Part shown: piece by piece, positions 19,228 through 30,290 of the stretch | How the letters are laid out: each line of letters opens with the position of its first letter | Numbering within the stretch: position 1 is the first letter of the stretch | Assembly (NCBI GenBank): GCA_051532055.1 | Contig: JAOPTX010000036.1 | Span: 36,092-100,091 of the forward strand | DNA: 64,000 nt | Source: Fibrobacterales bacterium | Lineage (GTDB): Bacteria > Fibrobacterota > Fibrobacteria > Fibrobacterales > JAOPTW01 | Reading direction: 5' to 3' | Program-made: the position numbers and the translations under genes | The notes under the pieces: generated by a model | The model's input: only the letters and a program-made list of their open reading frames with translations | Told to the model about the DNA's origin: nothing | Databases searched by the model: none

Positions 19228-20184
19228 ATGAATACCGATACTTTTTTTCCAAATATACTCTTTCGAAATCGACATGTGCAAACCATCGCTCCCACCCTTT
19301 TTAGGAAGGTCTTACCGCTTCCGTATCAGCGTGTAGAGGTGGAAACCAATGATGGTGATATTCTATACCTCGATACGGTTTGTGAAAATAATAGTAAGGC
19401 TGTCATTCTCATACATGGAATGGAAGGGCACTCTGATCGGGTTTATATACGCGGTATGGGTCAGCAACTCCGTTGTGATAGTATGGATATATTTGCTATG
19501 AACATGCGAGGATGCGGTGGTGAAAATCGACTTGAAAAATTTTATAATGCTGGTTTAATAGAAGATGTTGATGCCATTGCCTCTTACGTGCAAAGTCTTG
19601 GACGGTATCGTGAACTATATTTTGTTGGATTCAGTTTAGGGGGTAATCTCCTTCTTAATTTTCTTGCAGACTCCCTCTCAAAGAAATACCCAGAGATTAA
19701 AAAATCTGCAGTAGTATCAGTGCCGATGAACTTGGAGAGCTGTGCCCGTAAGCTCAACGCGTGGTATAATAAAATTTACCGATGGCGCTTTCTCAAAGAC
19801 TTTTATGGTAAAGTATCAAGCAAGGCAAAGCGGTTTCCTTCATTGAGTCCCAAAGAACATTTTGCTGCAATTAAAACATTACAAGATTATGATGACTTAT
19901 ATACGGCGCCCCAGGGAGGGTATACTTCCTGTAAGGATTACTATGAGAGTGCCTCAGCAATTTCACGAATCTCCGCAATCAAGACTCCCTTTTTAGTACT
20001 TGCATCTTTGGATGATCCTTTTCTCGAAGAAGATTGTTACCCTATAAATGAGCTTGAAAACCACCCAACAGGTTCAATGATTCTCACTAAAAAAGGGGGA
20101 CATGTAGGCTTTTTTAATACAATACATGATTCTCGTTATTTTCATGAAACTAAGATTTCTGACTATTTTAAGTCAACAATGTAA
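19228..20184 (+). CDS. YheT-like alpha/beta hydrolase
   Basis: NRHVQTI, HGMEG, MRGCG, GFSLGG nucleophile elbow, DDP and GGHVGF. Confidence 0.9.
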   Translation: MNTDTFFPNILFRNRHVQTIAPTLFRKVLPLPYQRVEVETNDGDILYLDTVCENNSKAVILIHGMEGHSDRVYIRGMGQQLRCDSMDIFAMNMRGCGGENRLEKFYNAGLIEDVDAIASYVQSLGRYRELYFVGFSLGGNLLLNFLADSLSKKYPEIKKSAVVSVPMNLESCARKLNAWYNKIYRWRFLKDFYGKVSSKAKRFPSLSPKEHFAAIKTLQDYDDLYTAPQGGYTSCKDYYESASAISRISAIKTPFLVLASLDDPFLEEDCYPINELENHPTGSMILTKKGGHVGFFNTIHDSRYFHETKISDYFKSTM

Positions 20185-20431
20185 ACCTCTGTAACGAAGA
20201 GTTCAGCTATGACAACTTTGGAAAATGATCATTCACCGGTCGAGGGGACGATTAAGGGGGCAAAGTAAGCCAAAAGAGGGTTGAGAGCCCAAAACGAGCT
20301 AAAACTACTAAAACTAGTACAACGTGGGCTTATAATCAAACTCCTTTGTAAACTCTTATTTTAAAAGCAGTTACCGCAAATTTTGCTATTTTTGCGTACC
20401 TGTTTTAGCTTACGGGAATCAATTGGTTTTT

Positions 20432-21583
20432 ATGATACGATTTACAACTCTACTATTTACATTTATCACACTTTTTTTGGTTGGGTGTGCCTGGTCTCCT
20501 GGAATGAAGATGGATGTCTCTCCAGATGAAGATGAACTCGAAGAGGAGCATGAAGTTGATGGTCATGTGGTGAACCTCAAAATTATTGGTCCACAACTTT
20601 TTGACAAATATCCAGAGCTGTCGAAGCTTTCAAGTGTCGCACCTCCAAAAAAACTGTTTAATCAGTTTACGCCAGAATATGTTTTGGGCAAGTATGATGC
20701 AGTACAAGTAATTGTATGGGATCAACCGGGACGTTCTCAAGCTATGGGGATGGGACTGAGTGATAACCCTACTGGTCAGGTGATTACTGAACGGGGCACT
20801 ATGTATTATCCGTATGCTGGTGAGATTAAAGCGGCCGGTCTAACAGTACCAGAGCTCCGTAGTTTGATTACTAAAAAGCTCAGCCACCTCTTACAAGATC
20901 CGCAGGTCGAAGTTCGGGTATTACAATACCGGAGTCAAAAGGTTTATGTCGGTGGCGCAGTAACGAATCCTGGAGCGGTACAGTTAACTGATACGCCACT
21001 CTCTATACCAGATGCTATTACTGCTGTAGACGGTGTCGAAAAAGATGCTGATGGGAGTAATGTGTATCTTAATCGTGATGGTACGATGTATCATATCAAT
21101 ATTATGGAAATGTATCGCAGTGGTATGCCTCTAGAAAAACTTTTTCTAAAAGATGGCGATAAGATAAATGTTATGTCGAGTGAAGAGAATAAAGTCTACG
21201 TACTGGGAGCGGTTAATAGCCAGTCGGCGATACCTCTCTATCATGGCAACCTCTCTCTTTCTCAGGCACTGATGAATAGTGGTATTGATCAAAACAGAGC
21301 AAACACCGAATCGGTCTATGTGATCCGGTCAGTAGGTGCGGGTAAAATAGATATGTACCATCTCAACGCTCAGAGTCCCATCGCGTTAGTAATGGGTGAA
21401 AATTTTAAATTAAAACCACGGGATATAGTCTATGTTGATACCCATGGCTTAGTTCAGTGGAACAGTGTGATCAGCCTGTTGTTACCTACAGCAGCGTTTA
21501 TCAGCACGGGAACGTCTTTTGGTCAGAATGTTAATGAAAATCTCTTTTTACTGCGCAATGCGATTGATAACGAGACGAAATAA
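20432..21583 (+). CDS. wza: Polysaccharide export outer-membrane lipoprotein
   Basis: Lipobox LVG-C, GTMYYPYAG, DPQVEV, KVYVGGAV and LKPRDIVYV. First gene of the wza-wzb-wzc triad. Confidence 0.92.
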   Translation: MIRFTTLLFTFITLFLVGCAWSPGMKMDVSPDEDELEEEHEVDGHVVNLKIIGPQLFDKYPELSKLSSVAPPKKLFNQFTPEYVLGKYDAVQVIVWDQPGRSQAMGMGLSDNPTGQVITERGTMYYPYAGEIKAAGLTVPELRSLITKKLSHLLQDPQVEVRVLQYRSQKVYVGGAVTNPGAVQLTDTPLSIPDAITAVDGVEKDADGSNVYLNRDGTMYHINIMEMYRSGMPLEKLFLKDGDKINVMSSEENKVYVLGAVNSQSAIPLYHGNLSLSQALMNSGIDQNRANTESVYVIRSVGAGKIDMYHLNAQSPIALVMGENFKLKPRDIVYVDTHGLVQWNSVISLLLPTAAFISTGTSFGQNVNENLFLLRNAIDNETK

Positions 21584-22044
21584 TGTCAGATACAAAAGAG
21601 AAAGGAACACTCCTCGTAACCTGTATTGGGAATATCTGTAGGAGCCCCATGGCGGCACTGTTGTTAAAGACAATGATGAAAAACAATTTTCATGTGGAGT
21701 CAGCAGGGATTGCAGCGCTTGTTGGAGAGCAAGCACATGAATTTACACGAATACTCGCTCAGAAAAATGGACTCTCACTTGAGGGGCATAGAGCGCGTCA
21801 ATTAACCGAAGAAATGGCACAACAGAGCGACCTGATTTTTGCCATGACACAAGAAGATGTAACAACCATTGAGAAGATGTACCCCTTTGCAAAAGGGAGA
21901 GTTTACTCGATTGGTGAGTGGGGAGAGGGTGATGTTGAAGATCCCTATGGCAAAGCCATAGAAGACTTTGATGCTGCATTTGTCAAAGTTGAGCGATGTC
22001 TTGCTCAGTGGAAGCCTCGACTCAATAAGTTTGTAAAGGGGTGA
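21583..22044 (+). CDS. wzb: Low-molecular-weight protein tyrosine phosphatase
   Basis: CIGNICRS (CX5R) and DPY motifs; lies between wza and wzc. Confidence 0.95.
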   Translation: MSDTKEKGTLLVTCIGNICRSPMAALLLKTMMKNNFHVESAGIAALVGEQAHEFTRILAQKNGLSLEGHRARQLTEEMAQQSDLIFAMTQEDVTTIEKMYPFAKGRVYSIGEWGEGDVEDPYGKAIEDFDAAFVKVERCLAQWKPRLNKFVKG

Positions 22045-24362
22045 GAGGAATGAATGAAATGAAACAAGAGACACAGGGTAAAGAACCCTATAAACGTGAA
22101 CTGCAACTGCAGGATATTATAAACCTTCTCCTATCAGGGTGGAAGATTATTCTTCTGTTTGCGGTGGTTTTTGGTGCATGGGGGGCTTTTACTGCATGGC
22201 GTGCAGTTCCTTATTACGAAGTAGATGCAAAGATCCTTTTTGGTGCGAAAGAAAAAGGAGTTCAGCAAGTTGTAGATGATTTTGGTGGTGATATTTTTAG
22301 TGAGTCACAAATAGCTGTTGAGATAGAGCTTCTTAAATCACGATCGGTTATAAGTCAAACGGTTGAAAACCTTGGCCTCGACCTTCAGGTTATTCCCAAT
22401 TATTACTCGGTTATTGGTGAGCCTATGGCTCGGAGAAAAAAGTATCAGCGTACCGTTGAAGAACCTTTTTTAGGCCTTGAAGAGTATGCATGGGGTGGAG
22501 AACGTGTTGTCGTAGACTCTTTTAATATTCCTAAAGCGTTACGAGGTGTTGCGTTTATATTAGAAAAAAAGAAAGATGATCAGTATTTTCTTAAAACACC
22601 TCAGGGTAAAATAATTGGGCAGGGTAAAGTAGGTGAGCCACTTACGATCACCTACTCTGCCAACGCTATATCCTTATCAATTTCGACTTTTAATGCGCGA
22701 CCTAAAACAAAGTTTTTCCTCATTCGACATTCGCCTTCTTCTTTAGCGGGCGCTATCCATTCAAAGATTCGTACGAGAGAAAGTTCAAAGGGTGTATTGA
22801 CAGTGAGTTATGTTGATGCGGACCCGCTTAATGGGGCAAGAGTGCTCAATGAAATTGTCCGTCTGTATATGGTACATAATTTTCAACGTCAAACGGATGA
22901 GGTTGGGAATACTCTTACCTTTTTAAATGAACAACTTCCCGCTCTTCGTGACAATGTTGAAGAGTCAGAAAAGAAGCTCAACTGGTTTAAATATAAAATT
23001 AACTCCATTGACCTTGACCGAGAAACCTCACTGCGCCTTGGAAGAATTGATGCGTTGCGTAGCGATGTTGAGAAGGTTGAAGTAGAAATACAAGAGTTAC
23101 TTCAGCATTACAAAAAATCACACCCTACGATTAAATCACTTGAAGATAAGCATACTGAATTGACCAGACAGCTCGCAGATGCAAATACGAGTGCCAAAAA
23201 AATTCCACGGGCGCAGCAAACCCTGCAAAAGCTCCAGAGGGATGTTGAGATAAATAATAAGCTCTATATTGAAATGCTCAATAAGTTTCAACAGCTCCAG
23301 GTAGTTAAAGCAGGTCAAAAGGGTAATGTTTCTATTGTTGATGTAGCTGTGCCAGCTCGCTCTCCCAAAGGTCCTCAAAGGCTAAAGATGGTTGTCGTTA
23401 AGATTTTCATGGGTGTTTTTCTAGGCCTGGCTATTGCGGTAGTACGCAGACTTTGGGGGAGAGGTGTTGATGATATCGATTACCTTGAAGCAAAACTCGG
23501 TATTAAAAATTTGGCTCTTATTCCTCATAGTGATGAACAGGATGAGGTTGAGAATGCGGTATTTCAGAATGGAGTACCCTTATTGGTAGTACAGAGGGAA
23601 AATGATATCGCGGTAGAGAGCTTGCGTAGTCTTAGGACCAATATTCATTTTAACCGTACTGACGATAGCTCTAAAGTGTTGATGATTGTAGGGCCGAGCC
23701 CTGGCATTGGGAAATCCTTTGTGACCGCAAACTTAGCGGCAAGTATCGCTCAGTCTGGCTTTAGCGTGCTCCTCGTTGATGGTGATATGCGTAAAGGGCA
23801 TCTCCATGCGAGTTTCGGAGGTGAACGTGATGGAGGACTTGCAGAGATTCTCGCTGCCACAGCGACTATTGATGATGTAATGCGTCAGACTGAGCAAGAG
23901 TGCCTCTCGTTTATTTCAACGGGTGCAATACCACGCCAGCCTGCAGAACTTTTAATGAATCGCCGGTTTGAAAAGTTTCTTTCTGAAGTCAAAACACGGT
24001 TCGATTATGTTATTTTTGACGCGCCTCCAATTCTGGCTGTAACTGATGCGGGAATTATTGGGAAACAGGTCGATATGACTATCTTTTTGGTACGTCATGA
24101 ACAACACTCTATGAAAGAGATAGAGGCGGCAAAGCGCCAACTCGATCACGCGGGTGTTGCAATTACTGGATTAGTGGTGAATGATATTCACTATAAACAG
24201 AGTGGCCGTAAAATGAAAAATGAAAATGGCTATGTCCTGTACCAATACGGTGCGGGTGAAGTTGAGGGAAAGAAAAAGAAGAAGAAAATTAAAAAAGTGA
24301 AGCCAAAACCTATAGTTACTGCGGACGCGTCAAAAGATGAGGAAGATGATTTACTGTTGTAA
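22041..24362 (+). CDS. wzc: Polysaccharide co-polymerase / BY tyrosine kinase
   Basis: EIELLKSR, YAWGGE, a coiled coil, ESLRSLRT, Walker A GPSPGIGKS, DGDMRKG and FDAPP. Confidence 0.95.
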   Translation: MRGMNEMKQETQGKEPYKRELQLQDIINLLLSGWKIILLFAVVFGAWGAFTAWRAVPYYEVDAKILFGAKEKGVQQVVDDFGGDIFSESQIAVEIELLKSRSVISQTVENLGLDLQVIPNYYSVIGEPMARRKKYQRTVEEPFLGLEEYAWGGERVVVDSFNIPKALRGVAFILEKKKDDQYFLKTPQGKIIGQGKVGEPLTITYSANAISLSISTFNARPKTKFFLIRHSPSSLAGAIHSKIRTRESSKGVLTVSYVDADPLNGARVLNEIVRLYMVHNFQRQTDEVGNTLTFLNEQLPALRDNVEESEKKLNWFKYKINSIDLDRETSLRLGRIDALRSDVEKVEVEIQELLQHYKKSHPTIKSLEDKHTELTRQLADANTSAKKIPRAQQTLQKLQRDVEINNKLYIEMLNKFQQLQVVKAGQKGNVSIVDVAVPARSPKGPQRLKMVVVKIFMGVFLGLAIAVVRRLWGRGVDDIDYLEAKLGIKNLALIPHSDEQDEVENAVFQNGVPLLVVQRENDIAVESLRSLRTNIHFNRTDDSSKVLMIVGPSPGIGKSFVTANLAASIAQSGFSVLLVDGDMRKGHLHASFGGERDGGLAEILAATATIDDVMRQTEQECLSFISTGAIPRQPAELLMNRRFEKFLSEVKTRFDYVIFDAPPILAVTDAGIIGKQVDMTIFLVRHEQHSMKEIEAAKRQLDHAGVAITGLVVNDIHYKQSGRKMKNENGYVLYQYGAGEVEGKKKKKKIKKVKPKPIVTADASKDEEDDLLL

Positions 24363-24385
24363 ACAACAGGTGATTAACTAAAATT

Positions 24386-25819
24386 ATGAGTGGTATAAAT
24401 AATAACATCGCCTGGTCAATTCTTCCGCAAGTGCTCAATTTCGGTTTTTCCTTTGTGTTTACCGCAATACTTGCGCGGCTCATTTTGCCGGGTGAGTACG
24501 GGGTATATAACCAAGTACAGACAGTCAGTGCTTTTTTTCTCATCTTTGCTGATGGGGGGCTCGTCTGGTCAATTGTTCGCGATAAATTCATTAAAAATAA
24601 AGAGGTTGTTAATCTTTTCTGGGTAAATACCTTTGGTGGAATAGTCCTCACTATTGCGTGTATTCTTATGGCGCCAGTTGTCGCGTCATTTTATGGCAAT
24701 CCGGAACTCCTTAATCTTATGCGTCTAGAGGGATTTATATTTCTCCTTACAGGCATGACGGTTCCTGCAACAATGTGGATGAAGCGAACTCTTGCCTTTA
24801 AAAAGATAGCGGTCATAAATATAGCAGGTGCTATCATTGGCGGTTCAGTTGGTGTAGGCTGTGCATGGTCTGGGTATGGATATTGGTCTCTTGCGATTAT
24901 GACCCTCGCAAAAGGCTCATTCACTTTAATAATATCGTTTCTCTGGTCCGGTGTACCCAAAGGGTGGTACTCTCTTAAAACACCGATTGGGCCGATGCTT
25001 TCTCTGGGTGGGAATCTTCTTGGCTTTGGATTTGTAAATTACTTTTCTCGCAATCTTGATAATGTTCTCATCGGAAAATTTATCGGAAGTGAAGCATTGG
25101 CTTTTTATGCAAAAGCTTATTTTTTAATGTTTCTTCCTAATATGCTCATTACCGGTGGGCTTCATGGACTCATGGTCTCGGCAATGGCAAGAGAACAAGA
25201 TAATTCTATAAACTTTCAAAAACTCTATAGTCGTACTCTTCGCTTGGTGAGTGTAATCTGTATTCCGGTGACGGCCTACTTTTTTCTGTACCCGAGTGAC
25301 CCGGTGCTTCTTTTGTATGGATCAAACTGGGAGGCAAGTGGTGATATTCTCAGGCTCCTCGCTATTGCGTGTGTGACCCAGCCACTCTATAACTCGCTTG
25401 GATGGATTCTTACGGCCAAAGGCCAAGGCAAAGCATTTCTTAAGTGGGGAATATTCTCAGCGACCATGCTTGCTATAGGTTTTACTGTTGGTATTCAATG
25501 GGGGGTCAATGGTGTCGCTCTCAGTTACTCTCTCGTGATGGGAGTTGGTCTGTTGGTTATCGGTTCATGGTTCGTCCACCGTCTCAATAATATGTCATTA
25601 GCAGTGAGCTACAAAGGGGTAATCCCTGTAGTATCTGCGGGGGTGATTTCTGCGGTGCTCACCTATGGAATAATTTCAGCACTCCCCATGCCACAAAATT
25701 TACACCTTTCAATACTTATTAAAGGGTCACTCCTTATGGTGTTGTATGGTGCCACTATGATGCTCTTTTATAAAGGTAATATCCGTCAATTATTTGATAT
25801 TGAGGGAAAACACGAGTGA
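24386..25819 (+). CDS. wzx: Polysaccharide flippase (WzxC-like)
   Basis: LARLILPGEYG, G.GYWSL and RNLDNVLIGK motifs; multiple transmembrane segments. Confidence 0.9.
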   Translation: MSGINNNIAWSILPQVLNFGFSFVFTAILARLILPGEYGVYNQVQTVSAFFLIFADGGLVWSIVRDKFIKNKEVVNLFWVNTFGGIVLTIACILMAPVVASFYGNPELLNLMRLEGFIFLLTGMTVPATMWMKRTLAFKKIAVINIAGAIIGGSVGVGCAWSGYGYWSLAIMTLAKGSFTLIISFLWSGVPKGWYSLKTPIGPMLSLGGNLLGFGFVNYFSRNLDNVLIGKFIGSEALAFYAKAYFLMFLPNMLITGGLHGLMVSAMAREQDNSINFQKLYSRTLRLVSVICIPVTAYFFLYPSDPVLLLYGSNWEASGDILRLLAIACVTQPLYNSLGWILTAKGQGKAFLKWGIFSATMLAIGFTVGIQWGVNGVALSYSLVMGVGLLVIGSWFVHRLNNMSLAVSYKGVIPVVSAGVISAVLTYGIISALPMPQNLHLSILIKGSLLMVLYGATMMLFYKGNIRQLFDIEGKHE

Positions 25820-26961
25820 ATATCTTAATGGTCTGTAATGAGTTTCCCCCCATGGAATGTGGTGGAATAGGCATTTTCGTTAAAGAGCTGTCTGAACTCA
25901 TGGTAAAAGAAGGTCATACAGTTCATGTAGTGGGTCTGTATGCCATTGAACGGACTATTGAAGAGACCATTAACGGGGTTCATGTCTATCGGCTTAAAAA
26001 AATGAAAGGCCTTTTTGGAGTACTCTGTAATCGAGTACTGCTCTTTAAAAAAATTAAAGCATTAGTGAGTATGGGTGTGGACTTGGTGGAAGTCCCCGAT
26101 TTTGAAGGGCTCGCTGCCTGGTGGCCTCAGCTGAATGCTCCGGTAACTATTCGTATTCATGGCAGTAGTTCATATTTTGCAAATGAGATGGGCCGTACTC
26201 CATCTAAAATTATTAAATACCTTGAACGTAAAGCCCTTGAACGTGCTGATAATTTGGTAGCGGTATCTGAATACGCGGGCCTGCAAACGAATTTAGTTTT
26301 TGAGACAAGTAAACCGTATCAAGTTGTCTATAATGCAGTGGATATGCCCATGCATGACCTACGAAAACAAGACTACAGCGCAACAGCAAAAGTGGTTTAT
26401 GTGGGAACAACGATTAGTCGTAAAGGTATCTATGCCCTTGCCCGCACCTGGCCAAAAGTAAAAGAGCAATTCCCTGCAGCAGAGCTGTATGTCGTAGGCA
26501 AAATGGTGACCGAACAAGGTGAGCCCGTCTCCACTCACGTGAAACGCCTCGCAGGTGATTACGGGAATTCAATCCAGTTTACTGGATTTGTCTCTAAAGA
26601 AGAAGTACAAAAGCATTTTATCAATTGTGATGTTGCAGTCTTCCCCTCATACTCTGAAACCTTTGGGCTTGCAGCTCTAGAAGCGATGAGCTTAGGGGTT
26701 CCGGTTATTTACACGACACGCTCATGTGGCCCAGAAGTGGTAGGTAAAGGGAGTGGGGTTGTTCTCAGAGACCCGGATGATTCAGATGGACTGGCCGACT
26801 CAATTGTCACCTTTCTAGAGTCAGAGGAAGCGCGATGTAAAGCGGGTGTTAATAATTGTACTTCTGTCGGTGAACGGTACGATCCACATGAAATTTTCAA
26901 AAAAAATAGTATGTTTTGGGCCAAGACCATAATTCAATGGAAAAAGACAAGAGGGAAATAG
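25816..26961 (+). CDS. Glycosyltransferase family 4
   Basis: EFPP..GGIG, RKG and PSYSETFGLAALEAM. Confidence 0.92.
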   Translation: MNILMVCNEFPPMECGGIGIFVKELSELMVKEGHTVHVVGLYAIERTIEETINGVHVYRLKKMKGLFGVLCNRVLLFKKIKALVSMGVDLVEVPDFEGLAAWWPQLNAPVTIRIHGSSSYFANEMGRTPSKIIKYLERKALERADNLVAVSEYAGLQTNLVFETSKPYQVVYNAVDMPMHDLRKQDYSATAKVVYVGTTISRKGIYALARTWPKVKEQFPAAELYVVGKMVTEQGEPVSTHVKRLAGDYGNSIQFTGFVSKEEVQKHFINCDVAVFPSYSETFGLAALEAMSLGVPVIYTTRSCGPEVVGKGSGVVLRDPDDSDGLADSIVTFLESEEARCKAGVNNCTSVGERYDPHEIFKKNSMFWAKTIIQWKKTRGK

Positions 26962-26966
26962 TACCA

Positions 26967-28343
26967 GTGAAAAAAGTTTTGATAGTGACACCATTTTTTG
27001 CTCCACAAAACCATGCCTCTGTCTTTCGAGCTTACAAACTTGCAAAATATCTCCCACAGTATGGCTATAAGCCCTATGTTCTCACCGTTGATAAAAATTA
27101 TATGTATTGGGAGAATCAACGACTCATTCAAGACCTCCCTCCCGAAGTAGAAATTTGCACTGCAAAATATATTGAGCCAACAGTAAGAGGCCTCCGTATG
27201 ATGCTTGGTGGGGCTGATAGAAGCTTTTCATCTATACAGCTTCAAGAGAAATTACAACCGCAACAAAGTTCTATAGTTCAAGGTACTCAAAAGAAACGTA
27301 AGAGAAAGCCAGGATTGGGTAGAAGACTCTATCAATGGATGATTGAAAATGTCAGCGATCTTCCAGATTGGTATTGGCTTTGGGCAGGGGCTGCAAAGAA
27401 AAAAGCGGTAGCACTCGTAAAAGAGCATGATATTGATCTTGTGTATACGACCTGTGTACCCTACTCAAATTTGAGAATTGGGCGTCATGTTCAGGAAGAG
27501 ACGGGGATCCCTTGGTGTTCTGACTTTAGAGACCCCTGTGGTTATGGGATTAAACACGCTTCAGATCGTTGGCATCAGAAAATGATAGAACAACATCTCA
27601 TGAAAATGACAATGGAAAATGCAGACCATATAACCGGGCTTGCGGCAAGTTACAGTTCGGTGTTTTATGATATGTATGGAATGGATGACACCCGATTTAC
27701 CTTTATTCCAACGGGTGCGGACGACGCCTATATCACAGAAGCAGAAAAAGCAGAAGCGCCAGAAGGGTATGGTACAGTAAAAACCCTTCTCTTTATTGGT
27801 GAGTTTCAAGCATACTACAATCGATACTTTTTCGAGCTCCTTAATGAGGCAATTGAACAGGGTTCAATTGATCATCAATGGAGGCTCCTCTTTGTGGGTC
27901 ATCATGAGGTGAATACACAGCTGGTTACTCAGTTGGTGGAAGGGTTAGAACATATCGTTCCACTACTCCAGTTTGAGCAACAGATGCCTCAGCACGAAGT
28001 GTATGTCCATCTACAACATGCAGATTGTTGTCTCCTTATGGCAGGGCAGAATAGAATGTGGTGGAATAATTTTGCAAAAATGGTTGACTTCATTGCATTC
28101 AAAAAATTAATAGTGGCGCAAGTACCTGACCCGAGTGAAGCACGTTCTGAATTACAGAAAAGTGGCCTGGGTATTTTTCTTGATGGTATTGATAGAGATG
28201 CAGATATTACACGACTGTGTGAAGCATTTAATACGAATGTAGATAATAAGGCTATGCCTTATAGTGACCGTTACCGAGCCTCACGTCAGGCTGAAGACTT
28301 TTCAAAGGTTTTTAATACAATGTTGGAGGTACATAATGCCTAA
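26967..28343 (+). CDS. GT4-like glycosyltransferase
   Basis: FFAP...R..KLAKYL and PWCSDFRDP. Likely GTG start at 26967 (ORF track starts at 26916). Confidence 0.75.
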   Translation: MKKVLIVTPFFAPQNHASVFRAYKLAKYLPQYGYKPYVLTVDKNYMYWENQRLIQDLPPEVEICTAKYIEPTVRGLRMMLGGADRSFSSIQLQEKLQPQQSSIVQGTQKKRKRKPGLGRRLYQWMIENVSDLPDWYWLWAGAAKKKAVALVKEHDIDLVYTTCVPYSNLRIGRHVQEETGIPWCSDFRDPCGYGIKHASDRWHQKMIEQHLMKMTMENADHITGLAASYSSVFYDMYGMDDTRFTFIPTGADDAYITEAEKAEAPEGYGTVKTLLFIGEFQAYYNRYFFELLNEAIEQGSIDHQWRLLFVGHHEVNTQLVTQLVEGLEHIVPLLQFEQQMPQHEVYVHLQHADCCLLMAGQNRMWWNNFAKMVDFIAFKKLIVAQVPDPSEARSELQKSGLGIFLDGIDRDADITRLCEAFNTNVDNKAMPYSDRYRASRQAEDFSKVFNTMLEVHNA

Positions 28344-29463
28344 GCCAGTACTTCTTTTTGCCTATGACTATCCGCCACTCGAAGGTGGTATATCACGGCT
28401 CTGTGTAGCAGTTGTAGAAGAGTTGAAAGCGCGTGGTTCTGATATAGAAGTGCTCACTATTGAACGGAGTGTTGATGGTGGCTTTGCGATTCCTGAAATT
28501 ACAGAGACACGGCTTCCTCCTGCACGGCCTAAACTCGAATGGGCTGCATTCAACATTTTAAAAAAATATGCAAAAACCAAAACGGTTGTGACCGACTTGT
28601 GGTATCCTGAGGGGTTGCTTGCACTCTTAGCTGGGGTAAAAGACCTCGTAGTGATTGCGCATGGTAATGATATTATGAAAGGGACGCCGACTCTTAAAAA
28701 TAGAGTGCTGACGTTGTTACGCAATAGAGTCCTTAAAAAAGCACGAGTGGTCATTTGTAATAGCCATTATACCGAACGAGAGGTGAAGAAAAGTGTACCG
28801 AAAGCGAATACTCAAGTGGTTCCACTCGGTGTTGATGCGGATAAATTTATTCCTTTAGAAAATAAAGATGGGTTGTGTGAAAAACATGGATTGCCCCAGG
28901 ATAAAAAACTGGTGTTTACCATGTCTCGGTTACAAGGCTATAAGGCTCACGATACGGTATTAAAAGCAATTGCTGCTGTACCCAAAGAAAAAAGAACTGC
29001 ACTGCACTATGTGATTGCAGGAAGAGGACCTTATGAGTCAGAGTTGAAAAAACTCGCAGTAGAACTGGGGCTCGAAAGTCAGATTACCTGGCTTGGATTT
29101 GTGAATGAAGAAGATATTGTAGAACTCTATAATGCAATGGACTTATTTGCCCTCTGCACGAGAGAAGAGAAAATGGAAAAGGAAGTAGAGGGATTTGGGC
29201 TCGTCTTTCTTGAAGCGCAAGCATGTGCAGTACCCTGTGTAGGGAGTACTGATGGCGGAATTCCTGATGCCGTAATTATAGAGCAGGGTGGGTGGCTTAT
29301 TGAACCCAATGATAGTACTACCCTTGCACTCATTTTAGAACGATTGATAGATAAACCAGAACAGTTTATCGAAGAAGGATTAAAAGGCCGCAAGCGTGTT
29401 GTTGCAGAAGCAACCTGGAAACACTTTGGAGAAGCGGTGAGCAATATAGTATTGCAGAAATAG
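28336..29463 (+). CDS. Glycosyltransferase family 4 (PimB-like)
   Basis: YPPLEGGI, SRL..YK and EGFGLVFLEAQA. ATG 28336 follows GGAGG. Confidence 0.92.
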   Translation: MPKPVLLFAYDYPPLEGGISRLCVAVVEELKARGSDIEVLTIERSVDGGFAIPEITETRLPPARPKLEWAAFNILKKYAKTKTVVTDLWYPEGLLALLAGVKDLVVIAHGNDIMKGTPTLKNRVLTLLRNRVLKKARVVICNSHYTEREVKKSVPKANTQVVPLGVDADKFIPLENKDGLCEKHGLPQDKKLVFTMSRLQGYKAHDTVLKAIAAVPKEKRTALHYVIAGRGPYESELKKLAVELGLESQITWLGFVNEEDIVELYNAMDLFALCTREEKMEKEVEGFGLVFLEAQACAVPCVGSTDGGIPDAVIIEQGGWLIEPNDSTTLALILERLIDKPEQFIEEGLKGRKRVVAEATWKHFGEAVSNIVLQK

Positions 29464-29498
29464 TAATAAATAACTCAGTACCACATACAGGACAAAAG

Positions 29499-30290
29499 AT
29501 GTCAAACATAATACAAACACTCTGGATCGGTAACCCACTCTCAAAGCTCGAGCAGCTGTGTCTTACCTCATTTATTAAAAATGGACATGAGGTTCACCTA
29601 TACACCTATGGTGATGTAGGGAATGTACCTGAAGGTGTTGTGGTTAAGGATGCCAACGAGATTGTACCTCAAAGTGAAATTTTTACTTACTATAAGGGTT
29701 CTTATGCTGGCTTTGCCGATTGGTTCAGATGGGAGATGCTCTATAAAGTGGGTGGATACTGGGTCGATACCGATATGGTCTGTCTCAAGAAATTTGATTT
29801 TGACAATGATGAGATTGTGTTTGGAGAACAGGAGCGCGACTTCATCTGTCCTGCTGTTCTAAAATTCCCCAAGGGGCATTCATTTCCGCGGCACATGGCT
29901 GATAGATGTCAAAACCCTAATGCGTTTATTCCTTATGACACCGCTCGAGCAAAACTCAGAAAGGTTTTTCGCTATGTAGTCTATCTTAATGATCGCTCAA
30001 AAATTATTTGGGGTGAAACGGGTGGGCCCTATGGCGTTACCACTGGTCTTAAGTACTATGAGCTTATGGATAATAAAAAGCCATTTACACACTTCTTTCC
30101 AGTACATCACAATAATTGGAACACTATTTTCAATGAGACCTTAAAAAATGATGCTGCTCTATTCACAGAGTCTTATGCGCTTCATGTGTGGAATGAGATG
30201 TCTCGTAATGAAAAAGATTTTGATAAAAATGGTTCGTTTCCACAGGATTCGATTTTTGAGCAACTGAAACGTAAGTATGGAGTTGCGTAA
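29499..30290 (+). CDS. GT32-like DXD glycosyltransferase
   Basis: QTLWIG..LS.LE, ADWFR, GGYWVDTD, GP..T and HVWNE. Confidence 0.85.
   Translation: MSNIIQTLWIGNPLSKLEQLCLTSFIKNGHEVHLYTYGDVGNVPEGVVVKDANEIVPQSEIFTYYKGSYAGFADWFRWEMLYKVGGYWVDTDMVCLKKFDFDNDEIVFGEQERDFICPAVLKFPKGHSFPRHMADRCQNPNAFIPYDTARAKLRKVFRYVVYLNDRSKIIWGETGGPYGVTTGLKYYELMDNKKPFTHFFPVHHNNWNTIFNETLKNDAALFTESYALHVWNEMSRNEKDFDKNGSFPQDSIFEQLKRKYGVA

Noticed and set aside
20185..20431. JUMPstart/ops element upstream of wza
   Set aside because: No GGCGGTAG-type motif seen; only a short CTAAAACTA duplication.
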